Shown in pieces: positions 1-10,695 of a stretch of DNA of 64,000 nt. The notes below the pieces were generated by a model, which ran no database searches, was not told the origin of the DNA, and worked only from the letters and a program-made list of their open reading frames with translations. Source of the stretch: Squalus acanthias (Eukaryota); assembly GCA_030390025.1 (NCBI GenBank), contig CM059432.1, positions 130,636,001-130,700,000 of the forward strand, given 5' to 3'. The position numbers and the translations under genes were made by a program. Position 1 is the stretch's first letter. Each line of letters opens with the position of its first letter.

Positions 1-289
1 TCATTTTCACATTGACTTTCAGTTTCATTTAGTTCTATTTTCTTTCTTTATTTTTTTGTTACATTTCTCTTGTTACCCTTTCCTGCTCTGTGCGTGCACA
101 CTGACACATATTTTCAGAGCTATTTTATTCTGCCTCCTATGCTGCACTCAATTTTCTGGCTGAGAGGCTGTGCCCCAAGGCCCTGCCAATGTCGACCTTG
201 ACCAACATAACATATGAAGACATAACAACAGCCACCACCCATCAACACTAATTTGTTGTGTGAAATGCTTTGAAACATTTCAACATGAT

Positions 290-700
290 AAAGCACTATT
301 GTTCTCCTTGGAGCAGAGAAGACTAAGAGGAGATTTGATAGAGGTGTTTAAAATCATGAAGGAATTAGACAGAGTAGATGGAGATAAACTGTTTCCAATG
401 GCTGAAGGGTCAATAACGAGAGGGTTAAGGTGATTGGCAGAAGAACCAGAGGTGACATGAGGAAAAACTATTTTACTCAACGAATGGTTAGGATTTGGAA
501 TGCACTGCCTGATAGGGTGGTGGATACAGATTCAATAGTAGCCTTCAAAAGGGAATTGGATAAATACTTGAAGGAGAAAAAAATTGCAGGGATACGAGGA
601 AAGAGCGGGGGAGTGGGACTAACTGGATTGCTCTTCGAAAGAGCCGGCGCAGACTTGATGGGCCGAATGGCCACCTTCTGTGCTGTACTGTTCTATGATA
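290..700 (+). mobile_element. CR1-clade LINE 3' fragment (truncated, decayed)
   Basis: Translates to CR1 ORF2 C-terminal motifs (LFSLEQRRLRGDLIEVFKIM; FTQRMVRIWNALP) followed by the GGCCGAATGGCC...TTCTATG 3' tail shared with other CR1 copies in the window. Confidence 0.85.
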
Positions 701-1629
701 CATTTCTAAGCGCTTCCTCCCCTGGAAACGTTCCTGGGACTTTCTGATCTGTGTGCTCAGTACCACATTAGACAGTGCATTTACCCAATAAGCCAGTGGG
801 AAAGTTTATCACATATACTCAACTGAAATGGGTGCAGATGAGATATGTGCGAACCTTCTGTACCAACTGTAGCTCCTCCTATGCTGGACTAGGCTGATGG
901 AATTCTTCATCCTCCCCGGCCATGGCATGGACCTTCCTTCATTGACTTCTAAATGAGTGTTCCTCTGAGCGGCAAGATTATGCAGATTACAGCAGACTTA
1001 GACTCAAAAGCCCCGCTGAACAATCACAGCACCAAAATCACTATTTGACTGTGCCAAACATTTGCTGTATGATGCATTGGTTTGCTTGCCTGGCTTTATT
1101 CCCAAATTCTGCGGGACTGTGTTAGTTGCGTAATGGGTCAAAAGCCATGGTTTATGACCATCGCCACAGTCCCTTAACAGCTAGCCTTGCACTTGTTTAT
1201 CCCTTTCAACCACCCCAGGCATATGTGACTGTCTAAGAACGTGGAATATGCTGATAGGGTTAGATGAAGAGCGGTGGAAGGAGGCTTGTGTGGAGCATAG
1301 ACCAATTGGACCAAATGGCCTGTATCTGCTGTAGACTCGATGTAACTCAATGTAATGATGGAGTCCCAGGCATCCTTTAACTGGAATGACAAATCAACTG
1401 CATATTAAAGAAATGAAAGCACTTACAGTTGACGTACAACAGCAGATTGATTGTTGGCATCTGTATTTTCAGTGCCATTGATGTCACCTCCTCCTGTTTG
1501 CGAATCCCAGTAGCCAGAATGTTGTCATAACCACAGTAAGAGCAATGAATGTCACTGAAGATACTCTTTTTCTCCCCCCTGACTTTGCCTTTTCTGTCCT
1601 GAAGACATTAACTGTTGCTGGAGTTTCTA

Positions 1630-1870
1630 GCAGCCCTCCAGTGCCTCACCCAAGTGGCTATTCTTTATGTGCGAGGCTAGACAGTGATCTTGGTCAAGCT
1701 ATTCGATAACAGAAGACACTGCTGCCCAATCTTGTGCTCGCCCAATGTCCATATACATGCACTTTCCAGCAGGGATCGCTGGATAGTGATCAGGAGCAGG
1801 AACGCAGGCAGATATTTCCCCTCCCTAACCTAGAGATGCTAAGCACCAAACTAACGTTAGCTAAATCAGC
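1630..1870 (-). mobile_element. Ancient Deu-domain (SacSINE/AmnSINE-like) SINE relic
   Basis: The motif CATGCACTTTCCAGCAGGG..CTGGATAGTGATCAGGAGCAGGAA recurs in degenerate form at ~2790, ~25920, ~59925 and ~62245, and inverted at ~42440. Family assignment is from recalled Deu-domain consensus; boundaries are approximate. Confidence 0.5.
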
Positions 1871-2145
1871 TCACTTAGTGCTACACTGGGTGATGCCTTT
1901 ACACATTATAGTATCAGGAGATTTAAGACTCTTTGGGGTAAAAATTGGGTAGCGCCCCTTTGCGCTAACAGTTAGTGCCGCCGCTAACCTCCTGCTGAAT
2001 TTCGCGGGAGGCGTTAGCGGCGCCACGCCCAGGTGCTAGTTGATTTGCGCCCCGTTAGCGCCCTAACGGGAGGCGCAAATCAAGCGAATTTAGCTCCCTT
2101 TAAATTATCTTCTACCTCCATCAATGGCTCCTTTGAGATTCTGAA

Positions 2146-2535
2146 CCACAACAACTTGTATTTATTTAGCGCCTTTAATGTAGTAAAACGTCCCAAGGCG
2201 CTTCACAGGATTGTTATAAGACAAAAATTTGACACCGAGCCACATAAGGAGAAGTTAGGGAAGATGACCAAAAGCTTGGTCAAAGAGGTAGGTTTTAAGG
2301 AGCGTCTTTAGGAGGAATGAGAGGTGGAGAGGCAGAGATTTTAGGCAGGGAATTCCAGAGCTTAGGGCCTAAGCAACAGAAGGCACGGCCAGCAATGGTT
2401 GAGCAATTATAATCAGGGATGCTCAAGAGGGCAGAGTTAGAGGAGAGCAGATATCTCGAGGGGTTGTGGGGCTGGAAAAGATTACAGAGATAGGGAGGGG
2501 TGATGCCATGGAGGGATTTGAAAACAAGGATGAAA
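2146..2535 (-). mobile_element. L2-like LINE 3' fragment
   Basis: Reverse complement ends ...AAGCGCCTTGGGACGTTTTACTACATTAAAGGCGCTAAATAAATACAAGTTGTTG. The same tail occurs at ~21960, ~26525, ~36555 and ~48675. Confidence 0.6.
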
Positions 2536-3419
2536 ACATCAGTATACCATGCTCATTTGATATGCACTATGTGACATCAATGAATCAAATGAATTACAAA
2601 TGACATAACTAATTGGTGTTTTCTGAAGAAAAATTGACACTATTCCATAGAATGCATTTCTTTAGGGACATTTCAATGAAAGCAAAAACTGCTAATTAAA
2701 AACAATGAAGTAATTTGATTTTTAAGTCCCAAGTACTATGAGAGCAATACGAAGTTTGAACAAGTGAGCAAGACCTTGTTCTGACCTGACTTACATACAC
2801 ATGCACTTTCCAGCAGGATGATCAATAGCGGGAGCCGCAGCTGATAGTTTCCTTCATTGCACTACGGATTATATTTTTAGAAAAACATTGGGCTGAATTT
2901 TAATCTGCAGGAGTGCGTGGGTTTGGGTGCGGGTGGGGGGGGGTTAAAACCGGCTAAATTGACTGCGTGTCGGGAAGCGAGCAACCACCTCCGGAGAAGC
3001 GGGTTTCCAATTAACATAGGTTAATCGCTCAATTAGAGCAATATTTCAACACGCTTTTCAGCTTAACGTCGGGTCCACGGGTTTCCTGGGCTTCCTGAAA
3101 CTCGCCCGTGAAAGCAAGGCGAGTACACAGCGGCAACTGAGAGGGCTGGATCAATCTCCGGGAAACATGCCAATAAATACGCAGTACTCACAACTGCTTT
3201 CTTACCTGCTAGTGGGAAAGGGTTTGTTCACAGTACTTTTGCTGAGAGGTAACTTTCTGCACTTTGGAAGTTACTTTCTGCACTTTGGAGGTTTGCTCTA
3301 TCATCTCAGGAGGGGTGCCGCTTATGCAGCCTTAGATTGGACCTCAGATGAGGGCCAAGATGATCAGCAACAGCACCTGCAGCCTGCTGGTCATAGACCT
3401 GTAGCTGCACAGGAGGGGA

Positions 3420-3506
3420 GCAGCAGAGAGGCGACCAGCAGAGAGGCAAGCCAGCAGAGAGGCAACCAGCAGAGAGGGAACCAGCAGAGAGGCGACCAGC
3501 AGAGAG
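3420..3506 (+). repeat. 15-bp tandem repeat (GCAACCAGCAGAGAG-like) in the transposase N-terminal region
   Basis: About six degenerate CAGCAGAGAG-containing units. Confidence 0.8.
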
Positions 3507-4219
3507 GTGCAGTTCGCAGAAGGCACTACCCATGAAACATGGTCTACAGGCAGAGGCTCAGTTTCCTTACCATGTCTGAAAATCAGTGTCTCAGGAGGCT
3601 CAGGATGTCACATTGGTTGGTGACAGACGACTGCAGCCTTCTAGAAGAAGACCTGCTGCTTGCTGGACCTGGTGGCCACGCATTACCAGTGGCTGCCAAA
3701 GTCACCACCACCCTGAACGATTTGCCTCCGGATCCTTCCAGGGCTCTGCCGCAGACATATCCAGCATCTCCCAGTTGGCCGCCCAGAAATGCATTAGACG
3801 GGTCACCGATACCTTGTTTGTCGGGGCCGACAATTAGGTCAACTTTGCCTGCGATGATGCCGGTCAGAATGAGCGCACATTCGGCTCTGACTGGCTTCCC
3901 ACAGGTGCAGGGCACCATCGACAGCACATACATGGCAATCTGGGCACCACCCAGAACAACCAGGAATATTCATCAACCGCAAGGGCTTCCATTCCTCAAT
4001 GTGCAGCTGGTGTGCAACCACAAAAAGATCTTTATGCAGGTGTGCGCAAGATTCCCATGATGATGTTTTCATCCTGTGGCAGTCCAAGCTCCCTGATCTC
4101 TTTGGACCTGAAAGCAGACTTAAGGGCTGCTAGGTGACAAGGGATACCCACTGCAAACGTGGCTCATGACACCCGTCAGAAGCCCCAACACTGAAGCCCA
4201 ACAGCGTTACAATGAATAC

Positions 4220-4413
4220 TGTGGTAACACAATACAGCTTCCTGTGACTCGAACTTTATTGCATCACTTCCTGTGATTAGTCCAGGATAAATACTGGACT
4301 GATCAGTTGGATCCTGGAGAGGCATAGAGTAAGACCTCTTTTGTATGTAGCACCTTTTTAGTTGATTAAAGCTTACTTTAAGTTCACCACGCGTAAGGCT
4401 CATTCTTACGACA
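4220..4413 (+). repeat. 5' LTR
   Basis: TGTGGTAAC...TTACGACA; contains ATTAAA at 4365-4370. Confidence 0.97.
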
Positions 4414-4491
4414 ATTTAATCAACTTTGGAAAACTTCGCACTCAAACTTTTTGGACGAACTCGGAACTAAGGATCCAGGGAATCACCCATC

Positions 4492-7164
4492 ATGGAAAAC
4501 ATCCTTAAACCATCGCGTCTTGACTTGGACCCAAACACCCCAGCAGCCGGTAAGGTGTGGAAACACTGGTATTGCACGTTTGACAATTTTCTTGAATATT
4601 GTAAGGCTGATGATAACTCAAAGTTGCGGATACTCATCAACTGTGTCACCCCGAATGTATTTCAGTATGTGGAGAAATGGGACAGTTACGAGGAGGCAAT
4701 TCGGACGCTTAAGAGACTATATACTAAGACACCGAATGAGGTCTATGCCAGACATCTACTAGCTACAGCCCAACAAGGGCCGGAGGAATCCATTGATAAA
4801 TTCCTCCAAGAGCTTCGCAGACTTAGTATGGACTGTAACTTTCGGGCGGCCTCAGCTGAGCTGTACCGTGAAGAAATGATCCGTGATGCTTTCATCTGCG
4901 GGCTTGCCTCCCCATTTATACGCCAGCGTCTACTGGAAAGTAAGACACTTGAGCTTCAGAAAGCTTATGACATGGCTTGCTCTCTAGATCTGGCAAAAAG
5001 AAATGCAGACCTTTATACAGTGCCCAGACCTCGGTCTACTGCCTTAACTACAGTCAGGCAATTTAAGAGGCCACAGGTGAACTCTATTAGGGAGGTCTTT
5101 ATCCCTGACGATCAATCTGATGACTTCACTGATGAAGAGGATGATGACCCCACTGTGGCAGCCTCTTGGCAATCTAAGAAATGCTTCTTTTGTGGTGATG
5201 AGTTCCACCCTCGGAAATTCTGCCCTGCTCGCAATGCGTTTTGCAGTCATTGCAACAAAAAGGGTCATTTTGCAAAGGTTTGCCTATCAAGAGCCTCTAC
5301 GAGGGCTTATCAAGCTAAGTCCTACCGAACTGCCCCGGTAAGGGCCTATCAAGATGTTCCGGCTAAAATCTATCGTGCTTCCTCTCGAAGAAACACACCT
5401 AGAGTTTCAGCCACTCTTTGTGCAACGACACCAATTACAGCTGCTTGTCCTCAGAACCTATTCCATGCAGCTACAAAAGCATCAATTAATGGACATACTT
5501 TAGATGCCTTAATTGACTCAGGTAGCACTGATAGTTTCATTAGGGAACAGATTGTTGCAGAGTTAAAGCTACATGTTTTCCCATCGGACCAGGCAGTTGC
5601 GATGGCTCAGTCATCACTTAATACCAGAATTTCTGGCTTTTGTATGGTTGAAATAACACTTAATGGTCGCAGGTATCCCTCCACCCGGCTTTCGGTGCTC
5701 AAGGACTTATGTAGTGATCTTATCTTAGGGCTGGATTTTCAAAAGCAGCATAAGAAGCTCACCATTGAGTTCGGCGGATCCAAACCTGAACTCACTATTT
5801 CTAATATACTACCTCGATTACCGTTCTGTGCATTGTCAGCAGCTTCACTGGATGAACCCTCACTGTTTTCCAGTATCCCTCCTCGATGCAAACCGATTAT
5901 AACAAAGTCACGACGTTTCAGTCAGGAAGACCAGTCTTTTATTGCGGCTGAGATTTCTCGGCTTTTAGCAGAGGATATCATCGAGCCTTGTTCGTCGCCA
6001 TGGCGCGCCCAGGTCGTTATTGTTAAGAACCCTCTACAACCTCACAAGAAACGGCTGTGCATTGACTATTCACAGACCATCAATCAATATACGGACTTGG
6101 ACGCATACCCATTGCCGCGCATCGATGATATGGTTAATAAATTGGCTGAGTACACGGTGTTCTCAACATATGATCTAAAAAGTGCCTATCATCAGGTACC
6201 CTTGAAGGTCTCAGACAAGCAGTATACGGCCTTTGAAGCCAATGGACGGCTGTATCAATTTCGTCGCCTCCCCTTTGGGGTCACTAATGGAGTGGCTGTC
6301 TTCCAGCGAGCAATGGATGACCTGGTCAAACAGGAAGACTTGAAGGATACGTTTCCTTATCTGGACAATATTACTGTCGCAGGTCGCAATCAGCGGGAAC
6401 ATGACGCCAATCTCCAACGATTTTGGGACGCACTCCAGCACCGTAATTTGACATTAAATGCGGCTAAATCCATTGAGTCACAACCAACCATCAACATCCT
6501 TGGCTATTGTGTGGGCAATGGCATCATTAAACCTGACCCTGAAAGGCTTCGCCCACTCCAAGAACTCCCGCCACCTAAGAATCCGGCCTCCTTGCGCCGG
6601 GCCCTCGGCCTGTTTGCATACTATGCTAAATGGATTCCTAACTTCTCGGACCGAATCCAACCTCTACTGAAGGCCAGCACATTCCCACTAGACACAGCGG
6701 CTGTTGCAGCCTTTAACCTCCTGAAAAAACAGTTGGAGAAAGCGACTCTTCACTCCATCGATGAGAGTCTTCCTTTTGTCGTTGAGTGTGATGCCTCGGA
6801 GGTGGCGATCTCGGCCACTCTGAATCAGGAAGGTCGTCCGGTGGCATTTTTGTCCAGGACTTTTCAAGGGGCGGAGCTACATTATCCTCCAGTCGAGAAA
6901 GAAGCTACAGCCATCATAGAGGCAGTACGGAAGTGGAGTCATCTAGCTCGCCAGCACTTTACCTTAATCACGGACCAGCGATCGGTCGCCTTCATGCTCG
7001 ATAATCGAAAACGGACCAAAATTAAAAATAATAAAATCCAGCTTTTAAGGCTGGAATTGGCCTCTTTGGTTACACCATCCACTATCGACCTGGCAAGGAG
7101 AATGTGGCTCCGGATACCCTCACACGAGCATTCTGCTCCGCCATGGCACCCTCTACGCTCGTAG
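4492..7164 (+). CDS. Gypsy Gag-Pol polyprotein (Gag with two Cys/His knuckles, aspartic protease, RT, RNase H); runs out of frame near 7066
   Basis: CFFCGDEFHPRKFCPARNAFCSHCNKKGHFAKVC; protease LIDSGS; RT RLCIDY, YDLKSAYHQ, LPFGV, YLDN; RNase H VECDAS, EKEATA, LITDQ. Confidence 0.92.
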   Translation: MENILKPSRLDLDPNTPAAGKVWKHWYCTFDNFLEYCKADDNSKLRILINCVTPNVFQYVEKWDSYEEAIRTLKRLYTKTPNEVYARHLLATAQQGPEESIDKFLQELRRLSMDCNFRAASAELYREEMIRDAFICGLASPFIRQRLLESKTLELQKAYDMACSLDLAKRNADLYTVPRPRSTALTTVRQFKRPQVNSIREVFIPDDQSDDFTDEEDDDPTVAASWQSKKCFFCGDEFHPRKFCPARNAFCSHCNKKGHFAKVCLSRASTRAYQAKSYRTAPVRAYQDVPAKIYRASSRRNTPRVSATLCATTPITAACPQNLFHAATKASINGHTLDALIDSGSTDSFIREQIVAELKLHVFPSDQAVAMAQSSLNTRISGFCMVEITLNGRRYPSTRLSVLKDLCSDLILGLDFQKQHKKLTIEFGGSKPELTISNILPRLPFCALSAASLDEPSLFSSIPPRCKPIITKSRRFSQEDQSFIAAEISRLLAEDIIEPCSSPWRAQVVIVKNPLQPHKKRLCIDYSQTINQYTDLDAYPLPRIDDMVNKLAEYTVFSTYDLKSAYHQVPLKVSDKQYTAFEANGRLYQFRRLPFGVTNGVAVFQRAMDDLVKQEDLKDTFPYLDNITVAGRNQREHDANLQRFWDALQHRNLTLNAAKSIESQPTINILGYCVGNGIIKPDPERLRPLQELPPPKNPASLRRALGLFAYYAKWIPNFSDRIQPLLKASTFPLDTAAVAAFNLLKKQLEKATLHSIDESLPFVVECDASEVAISATLNQEGRPVAFLSRTFQGAELHYPPVEKEATAIIEAVRKWSHLARQHFTLITDQRSVAFMLDNRKRTKIKNNKIQLLRLELASLVTPSTIDLARRMWLRIPSHEHSAPPWHPLRS

Positions 7165-8363
7165 ACATCCATGATGGGTTGTGTCATCCGGGCGTTACTC
7201 GCATGCTACACTTCGTGCGGTCCCGAAATCTCCCATTCTCTACCGGGGATGTAAAGAAGATGTGCTCGGACTGCAGAGTCTGTGCGGAATTGAAACCTCG
7301 GTTTTTCCGCCCCTCGGGTGGTATACTCATACATGCGACCCAGCCAATGCAACGGCTTAGCATCGATTTTAAGGGGCCGTTGCCCTCTTCAACTCGCAAC
7401 ACTTATCTATTGACCATGGTCGATGAGTATTCCCGTTTTCCGTTTGCCTTTCCCTGCCCCAATATGCTGACGACCACGGTTATCAGCTGCCTTGAGCAGG
7501 TATTTGCTTTCTGTGGCATGGCATCCTATGTTCATTCGGATCGGGGCCCTTCTTTTATGTCAGGAGAACTCAAGGCCTATCTCTCGGAACGGGGTATTGC
7601 TGCCAGCAAAACGACGCCTTATCATCCGGTCGGGAATGGGCAAGTCGAGCGTTTTAACGCTATCATCTGGAATGCGGTACGTCTGGCTTTGAGATCTCGG
7701 GGCCCACCCAACCAGCAATGGGAAGCAGTACTTCCAGACGCATTACACTCCACACGGTCCCTCCTTTCGACCGCCACAAATACGACGCCTCATGAACGGT
7801 TCTTCCGATTTCAGCGTCGCTCATCCTATGGGATATCTCTCCCGTCGTGGCTGACTGCACCGGGACCAGTGCTACTCCGAAGATATGTCCGGGCGTCTAA
7901 GAATGACCCCCTGGTAGATGAGGTTGAGCTCACTGACGTCAACCCTACCTACGCCTATATTCGGTATCCCGACGGTCGGGAATCTACCGTGTCATTGTGG
8001 GATCTGGCTCCCTGCCCGCCGAAACATAGAGGGACACCAGGGGATGCTATTGTACCAGGCACATCTCTGGGCTCACCAGGTGCCTCTCATCACGATCTGG
8101 ATCTGACGCCGGCTGGTACCTCACTCCAGCGTGCCGACCTGGGGCAGACTGACTATGAGCCCGTCGGGGCTCGCATGCGCAGCCACGATCCACCCTGTAC
8201 CGTACGCTCGGAAACGGATCTGCCACAGCCCTGCCCGACACCCGTTCGGGCACCAGTACACAGTCAGGATCGTCCTGACCCCTCACAGAGCGGGCTGGAT
8301 CACTCGGACTCTGGTCCACGGCCCGCGGCGGGTAAACGTGCTAGGGGCCCTCTACCGCTATGA
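7068..8363 (+). CDS. Gypsy RNase H end and integrase (shifted frame continuing Pol)
   Basis: GYTIHYRPGKENVAPDTLTR, HHCC zinc finger (HDGLCHPG...CRVC), DDE core (IDFKGP, HSDRG, NGQVER). No chromodomain apparent. Confidence 0.9.
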   Translation, partial: GYTIHYRPGKENVAPDTLTRAFCSAMAPSTLVDIHDGLCHPGVTRMLHFVRSRNLPFSTGDVKKMCSDCRVCAELKPRFFRPSGGILIHATQPMQRLSIDFKGPLPSSTRNTYLLTMVDEYSRFPFAFPCPNMLTTTVISCLEQVFAFCGMASYVHSDRGPSFMSGELKAYLSERGIAASKTTPYHPVGNGQVERFNAIIWNAVRLALRSRGPPNQQWEAVLPDALHSTRSLLSTATNTTPHERFFRFQRRSSYGISLPSWLTAPGPVLLRRYVRASKNDPLVDEVELTDVNPTYAYIRYPDGRESTVSLWDLAPCPPKHRGTPGDAIVPGTSLGSPGASHHDLDLTPAGTSLQRADLGQTDYEPVGARMRSHDPPCTVRSETDLPQPCPTPVRAPVHSQDRPDPSQSGLDHSDSGPRPAAGKRARGPLPL

Positions 8364-8489
8364 GAACCCAAACGGGTGCGGCTCTCCCTCGTCCAGCGGC
8401 TACGAAATGGAGGGAGAATGTGGTAACACAATACAGCTTCCTGTGACTCGAACTTCATCCTGGCCTCCTAATCTTTTGGGGGGGGAGAA

Positions 8490-8683
8490 TGTGGTAACAC
8501 AATACAGCTTCCTGTGACTCGAACTTTATTGCATCACTTCCTGTGATTAGTCCAGGATAAATACTGGACTGATCAGTTGGATCCTGGAGAGGCATAGAGT
8601 AAGACCTCTTTTGTATGTAGCACCTTTTTAGTTGATTAAAGCTTACTTTAAGTTCACCACGCGTAAGGCTCATTCTTACGACA
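8490..8683 (+). repeat. 3' LTR
   Basis: Identical to 4220-4413 and preceded by the GGGGGGGGAGAA polypurine tract. Confidence 0.97.
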
Positions 8684-9299
8684 AATACCATATCACCACC
8701 AGATGTGTGATTGAACAGGCCATCGGCATGCTGAAGATGCGCTTCAGGTGCTTCGACAGATCTGGAGGCGCCCTTCAGTACACACCAGCCAGGGTCTACA
8801 GAATGGTCGTGGTTTGCTGTGCTCTGCACAATATTGCGCGACAGCGAGGCTTGGACCTGCAGGAGGAACAAGGCGAAGAGCTCAGATCCTCCTCGGATGA
8901 TGCTGAGGGGGAGGAGAGTGATGAGGGCAATGCACCCCCAGCTGCTTACATTGCTGCCCGGGATGCCAGTGATGCTCTTATTAATGCAAGGTTCACTTAT
9001 GTTGCACCAGTGGACCCATGTCACCAGAAAATACAACTTCCACTCTTCCCGCTCCTCCCTCCCCTCCTCCAATGCCACTGACATAAAGCAGTCCTGCAAC
9101 CATCCAACCACACCTTGAACATCCTCCCATCCTGCTGTACTCGTGAAGGCCCTGTGGGAGATAAAAGACATGAATTAGGACTAGCGATGTAAGAATGTTG
9201 CAAGTTATCATTATGAAGATGATCATATTTCACTCACTGTTGAAACCAAGCCAACATGACTGAGTGCCATATGACATGTGGGTGCCTTTTATTTCATTG

Positions 9300-10052
9300 T
9301 GTTAGTAGGTAGCTGAGAGCACCCCATCTCCCCATCTCCAACAGCCAGGGACACCATAACTCCACTTATTTCCAGTGCCTCCTCCTCTGCAGTTATGAGC
9401 TGCGTGATCTGCAGAGGGCCCCCGCCATTTCTCTCCCTCTCCCTGGTGTTCTACGCTCTCTTCTCCTGCAAGGAGGGAAAGAAGAGACCTATGAGTGAGT
9501 GTAATGGCATGTGTTCATCCGATGGATGGAGTGCATTTGTTGAGGGTGACTATGAGGGAGAGGCATGACATTGCATAAGGATGAGGCTGAGTGGGAGTGG
9601 TGGATCAATAGATGGGGATGTGAGGAAGTGCATGGATAGAGAGGGATGGGTGCACCAGCAAGGTAAGTGGGTGTGAGGAGTGATTTGCTGCAGTAGGCTT
9701 GAGAAGGCAGAGTGAGGGGCTGGGGTGATGTGCACAGCAGAATGTAGGCGAATGTGCTCACCTTTCCTGCCCTGCTTAGGTCACTGAAGCGCTTCCTACA
9801 CTGAACCCAGGAGCGTGGCACCACGCTCCTGCTGCTGACCTGCTACGCAACCTCCAACCACGCCTTCTTGGTCTCAGCTGAGGGCTTCTTCCTTCTGTTG
9901 GTAGGGAAGAGTATCTCCCTCCGGATCCTCATAGCCCCCAGCAGCACATCCAGGGAGGCGTCAGTGAAACGCGGCACAGCCTTTGCCTGTCTGGACTCAA
10001 TTCTGACACTTGCTTCTCTCTCCTTCCCAACTCCAACTCCTTCAACTTGCAT
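9300..10052 (-). pseudogene. Harbinger Myb/SANT-like DNA-binding protein pseudogene
   Basis: PRFTDASLDVLL...KKAWLEVA*QVSSRSVVPRSWVQCRKRFSDL (trihelix Trp pattern, in-frame stop), followed by a GTGAG donor at 9761 and a probable second exon near 9465. Confidence 0.75.
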
Positions 10053-10695
10053 CTTTAGATTGTCCCTTTCAATACTGGAGTTGAGATTCTGTCACGCGGG
10101 TCGTCATCACATCCGCTGACGCTGATTGGACGGGAAACCCGGAAGTAAAATGATAATGAGGTGGTTGAGTTAAAAAGCCACCGACAGATGCGCTAAACTT
10201 ATTTCCGGGTTTCCTGCGCACTATCGGAACCATCCCCCTCTGCTCCCTGCATGCCGCCAACTTAAAATCGGGGCCATTATTGCTGCCATGAGTAATTCCA
10301 CGATTTGAACAGTGTATGGTAGAGTTTATCATTTTATGCTATGTATATATACTGTAATGACCCCAATCACTTTCAATATTTGCTATATTTATGTAATTAT
10401 ATGTTAAATTGGAACTGGCTTAGTAAATATTATCCCTCCATATAATTTTAATTGCATTGTGGGAACCTGATCTAATTATGTTAATGAAGTGTCCCGCCTC
10501 TCTACGACACGAAACCTACTGCCGTGAAAACGGTGACATGCGCGTATGCGGCGGGTGAGGGTCGAGTTCCCCGTTTTTTTCATTTTTAACCCCCCTGACC
10601 CACTCCCACCCGTCATGAGGGGGTTAATATCAAGGCCAATGTGTCAGGCACTCTCCCTTTTTCCTGCCATTGCAAAGGGCAGGGTGGCATACAGT

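Larger units (their letters stand above)
4220..8683 (+). mobile_element. Full-length Ty3/Gypsy LTR retrotransposon, recent insertion
   Basis: TG...CA LTRs at 4220-4413 and 8490-8683 (194 bp each, identical by eye), 5-bp TSD AATAC (4215-4219, 8684-8688), polypurine tract at 8478-8489, domain order gag-PR-RT-RH-IN. Confidence 0.97.
3260..9000 (+). pseudogene. Harbinger (HARBI1-like DDE) transposase pseudogene, split by the Gypsy insertion
   Basis: Motifs VYRQRLSFL, GFPQVQGTIDST, FLNVQLVC, LGDKGYP, then QRYNEY|HITTRCVIEQAIGMLKMRFRCFDRSGGALQYTP rejoined across the LTR element. Several frameshifts and stops. Start is approximate. Confidence 0.85.
2890..10275. mobile_element. PIF/Harbinger DNA transposon (decayed; transposase plus convergent Myb/SANT gene)
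   Basis: Imperfect 14-bp TIRs GGGCTGAATTTTAA (2890) and reverse complement GGCCCCGATTTTAA (10262-10275), 10/14 identical. Both ends are flanked by ATT (2887-2889, 10276-10278), consistent with a 3-bp TSD. Contains both Harbinger genes. Confidence 0.8.

Noticed and set aside
1427..1493. Possible 67-nt minus-strand exon (CAG acceptor, GTAAGT donor, two open frames)
   Set aside because: Weak polypyrimidine tract, no recognisable protein and no compatible partner exon found; RNA-seq would be needed.
8455..9171. 238-aa minus-strand ORF
   Set aside because: Antisense to the Harbinger transposase and the 3' LTR; spans an insertion junction and has no motifs.
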